Shown here: piece by piece, positions 25,801-39,205 of the stretch | Layout: every line of letters starts with the position of its first letter | Numbering within the stretch: position 1 is the stretch's first letter | Assembly: GCF_021028975.2 (NCBI RefSeq) | Contig: NC_059429.1 | Location: 45,446,001-45,510,000 of the forward strand | DNA: 64,000 bases | Direction of reading: 5' to 3' | Source of the DNA: Sphaerodactylus townsendi | Taxonomy: Eukaryota | Translations under genes and position numbers: made by a program | Notes under the pieces: generated by a model | Told to the model about the DNA's origin: nothing | Seen by the model: the letters and a program-made list of their open reading frames with translations, nothing else | Databases searched by the model: none

Positions 25801-26700
25801 AAATAATGAACTTTTCAACATCTTAGCAAAACCACTTGCACATTGGGAAGTATTTTAAATGACAAGTGTTCACTTTTATGACCTTAAGTAACAGCTTTTT
25901 TGAATTTTAATAACATTAAACTACAGTGCATATTTCTTGATGCTAATAGATGTGTTAATTTCCATACGGCATTTTCTTACGCCATTTTTAATTCAGCTCC
26001 CTTTCCTGTTTTTAGTATAATAATTGCTTACAGTATTCTGACTTGATTTTATATGACTAATTAGAGCCATGCTGGAGAAAAAAAAACAGGTTTGCAGGTA
26101 ATATTGAAATTAAATATGTTAATTTGTACCACAGAGTACAGATTTTATATGAGTTTTAATTTGGTATAGAATCCATAGTTCTGTGTTTATAAAGTGCCCT
26201 TGAAAGACTGGCCTGTTTTTTAAACATTAATACCATTGGGAAACCAATATACAAAGCTTTTAGCTAAAGGCTATTCCAGAATAAATTAAATGGTCGCTAA
26301 CATGGAGATATGGCACAGCTATTTTGAAAAGTTTGTTGGGAAATTACTACACTGAATGTAGTGCATACAGTTAATTCTTCTGTATACCTAAAGAGGTACT
26401 GAAGATATTTACTTACAAGAGCAAGACTCTTTTGCCCCAAATCTAGCTTCGTGGTATGCAAAAAAGACTGCTGATTGTTCAGCATCACCCCCCCTTCCAT
26501 CTGACCCTAATCCGAATGGAAAAAAGGGGTGTAACTACTGTGGTTTCTGTACATGGTATCTTGATAGCATCCTACTTTGTGAAAGATGAAAGAAAAAAGG
26601 ATTCTTGTTTGGATCCATAGATAATTCTACATGAGGAAGGTTTTGCATATGCAACAATAGTTCACCTTTGATTGCTGTACTGTGTGCTCTGACTGACTAG

Positions 26701-27267
26701 CAAAGCTGTACCAGGGGGGAAATGGTGCCCAGGGGCAACACCTGCTTTGGGCACCCCCCCCCCGCTGTGCCCTCCCGCCATGCCCCACTTACCTTAGCTG
26801 GCAGCTGCTCTGGCAGCAGTGGTCCTGGCAGCTGCTCTGGTGGAGGCGGTCCTGGGCAGCCTGGCAGGGCCGGGCCTGAAGGGCCGGGCTGATGGGCGCC
26901 TGGCGGCAGCCCAACCAAGCTACAAGGGCAGGCTGGCTCCTGCCCTCCCTGTCAGTAGGGAGGGCAGTGAGGGCAGGAGCCCAGAGCACCCCCTTTGCAG
27001 GGGGGCTCTCGGTTGCATGGCTGGGCCTGGCCTTGTGCACCGGTGTGAACCCCCAGTGGGGGAGGGGCCTCCCAGCTGCGCCACTGGGCCTGGTCTTGGG
27101 TGCCAGCGAGCAGCGCCCTGGAATGGGGGGAGTTGCTGGGGGCCAGCCAGGTTGCCACGCTGTTAGAAAGGCGAAGCATGGGGACCTGCCCGGCACCCCC
27201 CCCAAATGACCAAAAGGCGTGTGCCTGGGGACATGGTTTACCCCATATTCCTATAGGCAGTGTCTTG
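26701..27267. mobile_element. GC-rich non-autonomous hAT element
   Basis: Perfect 8-bp TSD CTGACTAG (26693-26700, 27268-27275); termini CAA... / ...TTG; GC-rich body in AT-rich flanks. Confidence 0.8.
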
Positions 27268-30200
27268 CTGACTAGCGATCTCTGACCTTAGGTGCAGAGC
27301 TGTTTGGCCATGGACATGGAACTACCTACATGAAGTCAATTTTTTTCAAGAGCATCCGTGGACTAGGGACTTTCCTGTAGCTGAAAAAAGCAAACATTCA
27401 ATGAGGAGCACCAGACAGCAGTGGGATACAGAAATAACATTTTTCATCATCATAATACAATAGTTAGGGTTGCCGCAAGTTTTGAAGTTAACCTGTTAGA
27501 TAGTTGAACACACACTGTTCGACATTCATGACAGTACTGTGAGTTGATCAAGGAAATGTTCAGATTGCATTACGAAATGTGAACAACTGCTGAACAAGGT
27601 TGCAGCTGCCTGTTGGTTAGAAACCAGGAGATTAGGTGAGTGTCAGCTCTGATTCATCCTCCCCCAATAAGCTACATACTGAGGATGGATATCTGATCTC
27701 CACATTGCAAAAGGGAGAAGAGAGCCATAGTTTCTCTTCTGCTCACTACAGCTGAAGCTATCAGTTACTTATCTCTATGCATTATGTTTGAATTCTTTCC
27801 TTCCTTTCAGGAACTCACACAGCAGAACTCTACAGTCTGGAAGCTTGAGGAACAAGTTCACACTTAGAGTTGTTACTTGAAAAATAAATAAATGTTCTTT
27901 ATTGTGATAGGACCCCATACTAGATAATAAAGACAAAGTAAAGGCTTCTACCTATCTGTCTAAACTACAATGGAGAGAGAATGTAGAAAGTGTGTCTAGC
28001 CATTATGTAAACAGAGCAAGAGAGAGCAAAAAAATAGAAGTGACTGGAAAGAATGCAGTCCTGAGAGCACGTTCTGGGTAACAAAGGGACAGCATAAGGA
28101 TTAGACAAAAGAAAAGGTGAGACAGCACCCTGTCTACCCCTACACTAACTACTTACTGCCCTCCCCTGAGACTTCAAAATCTTGCTAGCATTAAGCAACA
28201 TCAGATAGCCCATTCCTTTCAACAAAAAACAAGGCTGATTGTGAAGACTTCCAAAAGGGATCTTCTAAACCTGTTGAGAGGACCATGATGTGGCAAATGA
28301 GGATCAATGCAGGTATACAATTTTGGGATAAATAATCTAACTTTAAGTATATCCTGATGAAGCTGGGAAACACTAGGCAGAGGTGACCTCAGAAGAAATC
28401 TGGAAATCATATTGGGTAACTCTAGGAATCACAGGAACTTTATAATTTTACCTCCCACTCTTACTGTCTGATGCCAGATTTGGCTTTCTACTACACATGT
28501 CATTGCTAGGAAGACTGAAAATTAAACACACAATGTTGCTTCAGCAAGCAAATTGTTCACAAGCTGAACCAAGGTTTTGGTCTAGAGACAAGATGAACTT
28601 AAAATCTAGCTAAGTTTTCTCTTGGGCTGCTTGAAATAGAGACAGGTTTCTTTCCCTGCACTGAAGAGGGAAATATGTCAAGTTAATTTTTTTTAGCCCT
28701 GCAACACTGACATAACAAGCTGAAATTTCTAACACTCCTTCCTTCAAGTAATTTTTAAAGATAAAAAATCTCTGAAATCCTACAAGGGAACTTTCAAGTA
28801 TCAGCGTATCTAAAATATAGCAGCTTTGGCACCTTCCCTGCGTGCCACTTGAAGGGGGGCACTATCCCTGCCTGCTTGACTGCTACAGCTGCAGCATCTT
28901 TGTGCCTCACCTTACTCCACCCACTATCCAGCCCCCAATGCTGCTCAGAGACATGGTGGCATCATGCCTGTTCCAAGCCAAACTTTGAGAGAGGCTCCCA
29001 CCACCCTTAACCAGATGTCAGGTTCTGTAGATTAGCTGCTGAACGTTAGCAGAGAAGCATTGAACTGGTTCCTCAAAGCCCAACAGAAACTGTGGCTTGA
29101 CATGCCTCATACAAGTCACAAGCACAAACAGCATGAGTGAGAAGTTACTCATTTCTGAGAGGAAATATTTTAATATTTTGGGCACTAAAATGCCTTGGAT
29201 AAAATAACTATGATGGCTGCAAAATCTACTTCTCTCATTGTAATTGCTTTAAGATTAATTAACAGTGTTGAGGTAATGTTTACTAAATCTGTCTCATACG
29301 GCATGGGACAAATTTGGTTCTCAATGTTCTGTTCAAAAGTAATGTCATGATGTGTATGCCCTTGAACAGCAGCAGTGCATTACATTTTTTTTATACACAC
29401 ATACACAAAATTTTCCTGTCTCCTGTTTTTTATAAAGAGAATAATCTAAAAAATTGAACTTTTGCAGCATGTTTTTAATTGCTATGGGGGAAAAGATGAC
29501 AAATATTAGAAAGGAATGAAAAGAAATAGTTTAGAAAGAAATGTATATCTAGATAGTTTTGTAAATAATCAGGGAGTTTGGTGTACTGGCCTTTTGTGAA
29601 TAGAATTAGAGCAAATAGGAAAACTATGACCCCATAGGCAAGATCCAGCCAATTTGGAATGAAATTAAGTTTCTTGCTGACAAAAGCTTTCTAAAGCTTT
29701 TCAATGAGAATAGTTAATCTGGAATATTTCATGGCAACGATCTTCATTTTTTATTCATTCTCTTCATACAAGGTAGAGATCATGTAAGAGAATGTCTAAT
29801 ATTTTTTACCTTTGAGGAAGCAACTTTGGAGGCACCACCTTGGATTAATATGCAATGAAACTGAATAAACTAGAGAAGTTTATTCTAAAATCCTGTACTT
29901 TATAATGACTAAAGTATATTTAAAAAAGAAACAGTAATGTGTGACCTTGCTCTTGAAATTACTCAATTCTGCCCAGAGTTGCTGATGCAGCTAATCCTTT
30001 GGGATGAGTCAGTTCCCTGGAAAGTCAATGATGGTGGGTTCTTCTTTGAACTGTGTGAAAACACCCAGTAGCTATATTTAAGTAGGAGAGACAATGTAAT
30101 GATAGCCAACAGGGTCTTTTCCGTAAAAGGAACAGAAAGCAATCGTCAAACAAAACATTTGGCTAAATGCATAGCTGCCATAGTGTTGAATTTAGATAAA

Positions 30201-32519
30201 AGATATGCAATCTGTGACCCTTTAAAACAGAATAGATCACGGCAACTCAAGTACCAAGGTAATTTCATTTAACATGTACAATTTCAGAGGTTGTGCTCCA
30301 AAGAACAAAGAAGTGTAATGAAAACCTTCGCAGCCCTAACCACTGATGACAAAGGCATATCATATGATTTTGTTTTGCCCATCGTATGATCTATATAAAC
30401 AAAATGGCTTAATCCAATCCTGAGGAATTTAGTATCTGTTGACAGAACTAAGGAGCTACCATTTTTATTAATGAATGAGGATCCAATGGTAACTTTTGCC
30501 ATGGCAAAAGCCTTTTTGGTTGTCAGACCACAGAAATGCTGTTGTGGACAATATAAAGCAGCTTTGAAAGCAAGTAGTTGGAATGGTCCCCAAAAATACA
30601 GTTTCCTAACATTTAAAGTGATGAGTTCCTACGATTACACTGTAGAACTTGGAAGCTGGGTGATAAGAAGATACCGGATTTGAAGGAACGAATACAACTT
30701 CACTTATCTATATCTGAACAGTACTGACAGCATTTACTGAAAAGTTCCTAAAATACTGGTTAGACTGGGGTACTTTAAAAGAATCTCCTGAACTGCTCTC
30801 TGTCCACCTCAGCACAAAGCTCAAGCTCACATATGTGCCTATTTTAACAATACAGACAGTGCATTTCCATGACTGCAATGGGCCAATCTTCATCATCTTG
30901 TACATGTAGTTGTTAGTGACTTCAGAGGGAGAAAAAGGCCTAGTAATTTCAAAACCAACATTTATTCAGTCCTGTCTCCCCTAATCAGTAGATGCCTTTG
31001 TCATCAGCTCTTAGGGTTGGGAAGGTAGAAATTCCCCCACCTCCCCGAATTGTCATTGCTGAAGGGCCCTCCGTACTTTCTAACACGAGCCTGATCATAC
31101 CCTTCCAATTAATTAACCAGGAAAGGCCACATAACTGATTTATGTTCGTAGGTTCTTAACTTCTTAAATGCGACCCAGCCTCTTAAGAAGAACTTTTAGA
31201 GGGAACTGCTGATATACATTGGCTACAGTCATCCCATGGGTGATTATGCAATGGTACCTTGTTGCTTCATGTTAGAGTAGTGGGAGCACATGACTGTCGC
31301 TTTCTGTGGGAACAGAATTACTACTGAAAGTTTGACAAGAGAAGCAACACAAGAATCAAGTCAAGAAAGGAAGTGCTTCTTCACACATCTTATGGAGCTC
31401 ATGCCATGGGAGGCAGTGATGATATGAGGGTGTAATGAGCCAGAATCCCTTCTGGCACTAGCACTGCAGAGCTCCACTCCCCTGGAAGAAGCAGCCTAAT
31501 TGAGGCAGAGGAAGTTTAAGGGAAGAATTCAGTCACTCTCACTTACCAGCTATTTGGCTTTTCTTCTGGCTTTTAATTGTCAGAGACTATCCAGCCACAC
31601 AACCGCTCATTTAAGAGCTCTACCCCATAATGACAGAGCGGGCTCATAGCAATAAGTACCATCACCTAGGAGGGAAAGCCCTGCCATTGGGGAGATCCCT
31701 ACCTCCATTCCCAGGACGAGACCCAGACAGCTTCACTAAAGATAATCAGGCCTTCCATTTCCCTCCCCTCATCAGCTGGGTAGGTGCAGCTTCTCATGGA
31801 TGAAGGAAGGCTGGGTGTCTCTGCAGACTCTGTGCTTGTCCTCCAGGTCTGTGTGCCTTTTTGTTCCACAGTTTGGGCTTTGGCATGTCTCAACTCTTTT
31901 GGGGTAGGTCTGGGAGACTATGTCACCGTATGACTCTGAAGGGAAGTTAGATAAATTCATGGTGTCCACTAATTACTATTAGACATGCTGTATGGAGACA
32001 GTAAGTTCTGAAAATCAGTATTAGTGAGCAGCAACATGGAGATGCTTTGGTCTCTATGCCTTGTGGTCTCTTTGCATTGCTTGTTGTAAGTATCTGGTTG
32101 TTGGCCACAGTGGCAAGCAGGATGATGGGTTTCATGAATTGTTCACTTAATACAGCAGGATTATTGCTCCTTGAAAAACAGAAATCATTGCACTCCTTGT
32201 CTTCTATGTCTGCTATTGAGCTGTTTAGTGGAGGAGAGAATCCCCCAGAAACACAACCGTACACTTTAGTGAGGTAAGTAAATAGGTCAGATGTGTCCAA
32301 AGGGACAATAGACAAGTTAGCAAGGAAAGGAGATGTGCCAAACAATTGCTCCAGTCTTCTTTTCCATTCTGCCAGAGTTAAACGATGCACGTCCTGACAT
32401 TGCGGGTGCTGGCACCTGCCATTCTTCTTAAAGAACTGCAGTCAGAGCCAAATAACAGAAAAAAGCACATACAGCAGTGGATTAGATTGCCCTACTAGGT
32501 CCCTCCGCTCATCGGAGGG

Positions 32520-32900
32520 AAATCTACTGGAGGTCCCTGGCCCAAAGGCTGGCTTCCACCAGGGCCAGGGCCTTTTCGGCCCTAGCCCCTACCTGGTGGA
32601 ATAAGCTCCCTAATGAGATCTAGGCCCTGAAGGAGTGCCGCAGGGCCTGTAAGACGGAGCTTTTCCACCAGGCATTCTCATCTAGCCAGCTGGCCTAACC
32701 GTCATCATCACCAGCCTCCCATGGGTGTGATTGGGGTGGGTGTGTTTTTAAAGCACCATCTATCAGTTATTTTAATGGTTTTAATGTTGGTTGGCTATAG
32801 CTGTTTTAATTAGTAATTTTATAATTGTTCATTGCCCTGAGCCCAGCCAGGAAGGGCGGGATATAAATGTGAATATAAAATTAAAAATAAATAAATAAAA
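32520..32900 (+). mobile_element. L2 LINE 3'-end fragment
   Basis: CCAGGGCCAGGGCCTTTTCGGCCCTAGCCCCTACCTGGTGGAA...GAGCTTTTCCACCAGGC is homologous to 5160-5330; AATAAA-rich tail. Confidence 0.85.
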
Positions 32901-33724
32901 GGAGAAGAGAGAAAAAATGCAGAACGCTGGAGTATACATCCAGGGTACACTATAAATCACCCTGATCCCAGCTTGGCCAAGGAGGGTGAGGTATAAATAA
33001 TATTTATTATTTTTAAAATACATTTTATTGTGTCACTCTTATCTGAAAAAAGTAACAGTCCTAGCACCAGTTTCATTCCCATTTTTCTCCCTGGTCTCAC
33101 AAGTTAGTGAAATTAGAGAAGCTTCCTTCCCTTCACAACTAACTATAACATTATTGCTTATTCTGAATATTACTCTTCTCTGGAAGGTATTATTCAAGGC
33201 TGTCATGACGGTTTTCAAATGTTTCTCATTTCAAAGCATATCACTTATTCTCACACAAATAAAGAGCCATGAAATCAAAGGGGACAGGAAGTGTTACTCT
33301 AAGAAAGAATGACTTTAGCAATCTTTCTGAATGTATAATATTATTAACATACTCACAATTTAAGGCCTTTGGGTAGAATATAAAAGTGCACAAGTAATTT
33401 AATTACATTTTGACGGTGACTTAAGCTAGCAGGGTGGATTGCAAGATCAGCTGCATCTGCTTTCTGAATGTGATAATAAAAGTTCAGTCAAATTTCTGCT
33501 GTAGTTCTTAAACTACTTTCTTTAAAACTTTGCTAATGATGCCTGGCCAGCTCTTAGGAGACAGGTTGCAAAGTTGGGTCTATCAGTTTTGAATGCTGAC
33601 TGTTATTTGAAAATTTAGGGGTTTTTTGGGCGAGTGTCATCTCAATCCCTACAAGTACATGTTGCTTCTGTTTTCAAACAATTGCTATGGGTTAATTATG
33701 AGCAGCTAAGACCTGGAGAGCCTA

Positions 33725-33788
33725 GACTAGCCTGATCTCATCAGATCTTAGAAGCTAAGAAAAATCAGCACTGGCAAGCTACCTCTGA
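33725..33788 (+). mobile_element. 5S rRNA-derived SINE head fragment
   Basis: GCCTGATCTCATCAGATCTTAGAAGCTAAG resembles 5S rRNA GCCCGATCTCGTCTGATCTCGGAAGCTAAG; it is not a full 5S gene. Confidence 0.65.
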
Positions 33789-34135
33789 GGCCCCTTCTGC
33801 ACAGTACAGGCAGAGCGGGTTGCAAGTGGGATAAAGTAACTCATTCTCCTGTTCACCCATTCACATGCCTCTGTGCAGACAGCAAACGGAGCCTGCGGAG
33901 GGTTGCTGTCATGAATTTACATGGAAGCTTCACTCCCTGGACACATCTTTAGAGCGGGTACAGCTACACTATCCCTGGCCGTGCTGCTTGCTGGATAGCA
34001 CCACCTGTACTTGTGTCCCTGTCCATTCAAGAACTCTACTAATCTTGCAATCTTTTCTTGAATAGGTGCTTCTGATAGCGCTGGCACAAAACCCATCTGA
34101 GGTAATCTGGCCAATTTTAGTCATGTATGGGGCTG
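33789..34135. mobile_element. Degenerate PIF/Harbinger-like MITE
   Basis: Starts TGA|GGCCCCTTCTGCACA like 52684; right end decayed, so that boundary is approximate. Confidence 0.5.
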
Positions 34136-34944
34136 CATCCAACTGCACAGGGGCAAAGAGAATGAACTACAATTGATTCTGTGCTTCAGAGTACAAGTAG
34201 GTAATTTCAGCACGCTGACCACTTCAGGGATATGTAGTTGGCTGTCATTAAAAATATAGTTCTGAGACAGGGCAGTAGCATCTGCAAACTTGCCCTGGCC
34301 TTGTCGGATAAGCAATCACTACATAAGTGCAAAGCTGCTTAAGATGAACTTTGACAACAACCATCAGGATGATCCCAGTAGGAGCTCACAATGCTTTTAC
34401 GTAATTGAGATGACCACGGTAGGAGCTTGTATAGCATGTAACTGAGGGAATGAGAAAGATACATTTGCTTGCCAATTGTGCTCAGGTGAACATTTGCACT
34501 GCAGCATATCTAATTATGAGGAAAACACTAAACTTTGCAAGACCTCAACATCTAGCCTTTTTGGATTACTTAAGAAAAGCAACTTCTGTCATTTCAAGAA
34601 TTCACATGTAAGATAGAAATTATAAACAGAACACAAAATGAGTTTCCTGTTTGTCTTAACAGTGGAGTAAAGTAGTGTATCCCATCTATATATGCCTATT
34701 TAAAGTTAGTCTCACAAAATTCAGAGGGACTTGCCTCCAGGTAAAGTTGCTTAAGATTGCAGACATAGGATTTTGATTTACTTTTTCTATAGCTAATCCC
34801 AGATGATGTCACTGCAGTAATTCCTCAAATTGCCATGGCAGTAATGCACTCAAGCTCAGTAATCTTCAGTGGTTAGCAAAATAACTATTGCTGTCCTAGT
34901 TTGGACAACTATTTTGATGTGGGAGTTATTTTTTTAGTTTTAGA

Positions 34945-35120
34945 GGACAGCTATGTTGATCTGCAGTAGAACAGCTAGAGTGAAACCAACACGATTTTAG
35001 GGTGTAAGCTTTTGAGACTAAAAGCTACCTTGTAAGAGTTTTGCCTCCTGAAAACTCATTACCCCCCCCCCCCACACACACACACCTTGTTTGTCTCTAA
35101 GGTGCTACTGGAATTGAATC
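34945..35120. mobile_element. Penelope-derived palindromic mini-element
   Basis: AGCTATGTTGATCTGCAGTAGAACAG...TAAGCTTTTGAG...TTGTTTGTCTCTAAGGTGCTACTGG, the inverted pseudo-LTR arrangement typical of reptile Penelope remnants. Confidence 0.6.
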
Positions 35121-35129
35121 AGGCATTTT

Positions 35130-36140
35130 TAGGATTACCAGCTCTGGTTGGGAAATTCCTGGAGAATTAGGGCAATGCCAAGGAGGGGACTCCTTGACGA
35201 TGTGGTGCCATGAAGCCTTTTCTCAATAGTTGCCATTTTCTCTAGGAAATCTGATTGTAGCCCCAGTGCTAAAGCGGGACGGAGAGAGGGAGGTAACCCA
35301 AGTCCCACATAATCCTATTAACTAGACAGACACTTTTGCTAGAATAAAATTGACCACAATTTTATTGGTTACAGCAGCTGTCAGAACTTTGACACAACAT
35401 GAGGCATGGATCTTGTTACCAGGTGACTACCCTGTCAGCTGATATATATCAGGCAATCACCTCCTTGACTGATAACACCACTTTGCCCTGTGCCAGCTGA
35501 GTGGCTGGGCCAGGGGGAGGATATTTGGGATGGCAAGTTGACTGACTCCATACAGGCTCCAGTCACTCTGTGGTTTACCTTGCCACTTGAGGTAAGGGCA
35601 CCCTACACAGGCTCTGAGCTACTTTTCCTCCAAAGAAATCCACTTCCATGCTGTTACTGTGACAGAACTTTGCAAGGGAAAAATTACCCAACACACAATA
35701 CCCAGAGCACTGAAACAGAGGGAGAGCTGCAAGGGACAAACCACAATGCTGGAAAGGCTATTCCCAGGCTGTAGCCTGTTAAATCAAGCAGGAGAGGTCC
35801 TTGTGAGGCCCCTGGCCATGCCCCTGGGCCTCGACAAGGCAAGCCTTGATTGGCTGGCCAGAAGGCAGCCAGTGGCCATTTAAGAAGGTCCCTCGGCTGT
35901 CGGAAGTTTGCCCAACCTGGAAGGTGGTTGGGTGACGAGGGGTAAGCCACAGCCTTCCCATCTGGACTGTGCCATGTGGGAAGGAGCCCATGCTGCAAAC
36001 CACCTTCTCCTTTTTCTCATCTCGTGGGCCCACAAACAGAGGCCCCAGCTTGATCTTGATAAGTCTTGTCTCCATGCTGTCTGTGGTCTGGTGATCATCT
36101 GTAATTCTGGGAGAGCTCAAGGCCCCAGCTTGACCATGAT
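35130..36140 (+). mobile_element. TAGGGTTGCCA-family hAT MITE split by an LTR-like insertion (MITE parts 35130-35255 and 36075-36140)
   Basis: Both halves align end to end with the intact copy at 56905-57122. Confidence 0.7.
35256..36074 (-). mobile_element. Probable solo LTR (819 bp)
   Basis: TG...CA termini; 4-bp near-TSD TGAT/TGCT; minus-strand AATAAA near 35362-35367; sits inside the MITE at a definable site. Confidence 0.55.
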
Positions 36141-37657
36141 AACCTAACTTTCATTAATACCATGGGCATCTGTTAGCTAGTACTTACAACATATATTACG
36201 GCCAGATATATCACAAGTTCCTCTTTTGCAGAACTGTGTCATTTGGAATGGCTCATCAACTTGCAAGGCTTTTCTGCCTCCTTCCATCTGTTTTTGACAG
36301 AATTGTAAACTTACCCTCCTCAGCATTTGAGTGCATGTCCACCACATCTGAAAAATAAAAACTGAAATGCCCTTTATTGCAGGACTTTTTGCTATCAACT
36401 GATTATTGTAAAGTGTTATGAGATGTCTAGATAAGCTGTGAATCTAATTCCTACATAGAAAGAATTAAACAAAGCTTTCCTGTGATGTTCTTCAATATAA
36501 ATGGGAGACCTTTTGCTCTGTCCTAGGTCTTCATTTGGAAATTTCCCACTGGGAATCATGGACTAAGGATTGGTTGCCATAGTAGCAACCTTCCAATCAC
36601 AGCTGCTGTACAGCCTCCACTCCGCTGAATGGGACATGTGTGAGAACCTCATTGTAACATGGTATAGTTGAGTCAATCTCATAGAGTAGTTTTATCTAAA
36701 TTCTTTCCTATTTAAAATTTCTGTAATATAAGCAGAGGAAAATGTAGCATATTTTCTTAGAGTATCATTAAAGCAAATCATTAGACTATTATTTTATTCA
36801 CAAATTAATCAAAATAATGAAGTCTTGGGCAGACCTTACTTGTGACATTGCTGTCTGAGGTTAATTTATAGTGCTGACTTATGAACCTTTGTAACCAAAC
36901 AGAGTTGAATGGGGCAAATGTTTATACATATCCTTAGTTCTTACAGAAGGAAGGATGTCATTCTAATTTAAAATAACTTCATAGTATTATGCAATTGACT
37001 GGCCATTTCCTTCTAAAATTCAGCTGTCAGCATCAAAGATCTTTGCCAACTAAGAAATTCAGTGACCTCTACCAACCATTGTCACATCAAATGATGCAGA
37101 ATATTTGCATGTGTCATTCATTGCTGTCCAGATTTCCCCACTTCCGAAAACACAGAAGTCCTGAAGATCATGGCAAAAGCCGTAACAGCACAACCTCGTC
37201 TCATGAAGAGATGTCATGAAGTTATCCGTGGAGTCAGATCTGATCCATCTTTATCTGGAAATTAGTCTAATTGGTTTGAATGAAACTTGGAGACCAAACT
37301 GGATATGATAAGGGAATCTGTGCATTTCTGTACATGATCACCTGTTTGGATTCAAACCAGAGCATATACAAGTTAACTTTATTTTTAAAAACAAAAAACA
37401 TATGTACAGAGGACAGGTGGGAAATCGTGTCCCTTTCTTATTTTACCATAGATTAGAAAAAGTACCGGAAGTGCAGTAAAGTAAAATGAGGAAATGGTGC
37501 ACATTTTCGCATGTTTGTTAAGAATGGTCTTCTACAGTGTGCTTTACATATAAATGTGTAGATACATGTAGGATCTATTCCCATTGAATCTAATTTGATC
37601 CTTATGCCTAATAATTGCGCATATTATTCAAAAAAACTAAATCAAAACAAAATGTTG

Positions 37658-37935
37658 CAGGGGCAAATCTTGGGTGGCGGAGGGGTGGTTCACAACCCAG
37701 GTATCACTCAACTTGGTCACTTGGGCCGCATTCAGCCACCCCTTCCTCCCAAGAGAGCTGAGTGCCTGCTCATGCCCACCTGCTGGAGAGGTAGTTGCCC
37801 TCCTCCAGGCCAGATATGCTCCCCTGCTGGGCAGGCCAAGACTCACAATTGCCCTGATTGGCTGCTCTAGCCCTCCTCCCACCCCCTCAAACTTTGGGTT
37901 CCAGATGCATGTGCCCCCTGCTCTGTGTGCGCCCA
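37658..37935. mobile_element. GC-rich hAT-like non-autonomous fragment
   Basis: CAGGGGC.. start and GTGCCCCC..GCGCCC end resemble the 26701 and 57400 elements; no TSD found. Confidence 0.45.
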
Positions 37936-39205
37936 AACATCATCAAACGCCGAGAGTGAAAAATAAGGTTGGGGGAAGGAGAAAAATTAGAAATGGGGAT
38001 AGGAGAATGGCTGATCATGGAAGGAAGAGAACAAAGTGTGGAAAAGTTGACGTTGTTTTTTGTGACCACCCATTAATAGGCTTGCCCTTTCACGAAATCT
38101 GGCTGTGAAAAATACAATGCATCTATGTGGAACTAAAGATACAACAGACTGCTAGAGATGACAACCTTTCTCGGAGGCTGCATCCTGGCAATGACTGTAG
38201 CTTGTCCTGGTTGGTCTTGTCTTGCTCCAGTGCTGGCTTGGCTGATGGATTTAGCAGGATCTGAGGAGCAAGTGTTTCCCTTAGCCATCTAGTAAAGGTT
38301 GCTGAAAGGCCTGGCCTGGCCAAAGCACCATGCCAAAGCACCACAGGATCATTCTGTCTTCAGGACCACTTTGAAAACCTTCTGGAGCTTTGATCATAGA
38401 TCGCCAAAACCACTTGTCTTGCTATAAACTGAGTCTTGCCTATATGAGCCTATAGGGCAGCTCCCACAACTTAGCTGATGAATGAAAAACAAATGTCTTT
38501 GTCAACAGTTTAAAAGCAGCCATGAAACTGGGGAGCTCCAATGTTAGTCTCAAATAAATCTTTTTCTGCTCATATATATGAATGGATGCCTGCACTGAGA
38601 TGAAGCCTCCTTTTGTTTGGAATGCTTCTTGACCCGAATGAATCCTCAGCCTTTGTAGTTCCTTACCCCTCCCCAAAGCCTAACATTTCAGATCCCTCTG
38701 CGTCTGTGTCTCACTTAGTTCTAAGGTGCCCAGAGCTTCTGCACAATTGCCCACCTGCTTCCAAGGAAACCACTAGGAGACACTTGAAGAGATGAACTGA
38801 GATAGATGCTAGTAGCACAGTAGTAGCATTTATATAGTTCATTTCAAATCTTCAGAAACCTTTAATACTGTCTCTCAGCAAACTTTGCAATAGACTTGCT
38901 GGCATTATTATTATCCCAATGGAGACTAGTGCCTTGCTGGAGACTACCAAGAAGCTCATGGATGTGGAATTTGAGCTGGGAACTTGACTATCTGTTTTCA
39001 TTTTATCCCACCCTTTCTCTAAAGAGATGAGGGTACATACATGATTTTCCTTTCCAGATTGGGTTGAAAGGGAATGACTGGATCTCAAATGGCCGAGAGA
39101 GGGATTTGAACATAAAGTATTCTAATTCAGAATATGATAATTTGGTGGTCATAAAGCTCATGGAAAGTTTTCTGGAATGATATTTAAGTGTGCTATCCAC
39201 AAAGA

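Noticed and set aside
27531-27548. ACAGTACTGTGA resembling the start of miR-101
   Set aside because: Match ends after 12 nt and there is no hairpin partner arm.
31947-32435. Longest non-TE ORF (minus strand, about 160 codons) preceded by a plausible acceptor
   Set aside because: No recognisable domain or homology, and roughly one ORF of this length is expected by chance in six frames of 64 kb; not called as a CDS.
33725-33760. 5S rRNA gene
   Set aside because: Only about 30 bp of diverged similarity followed by SINE-like sequence; not a functional gene.
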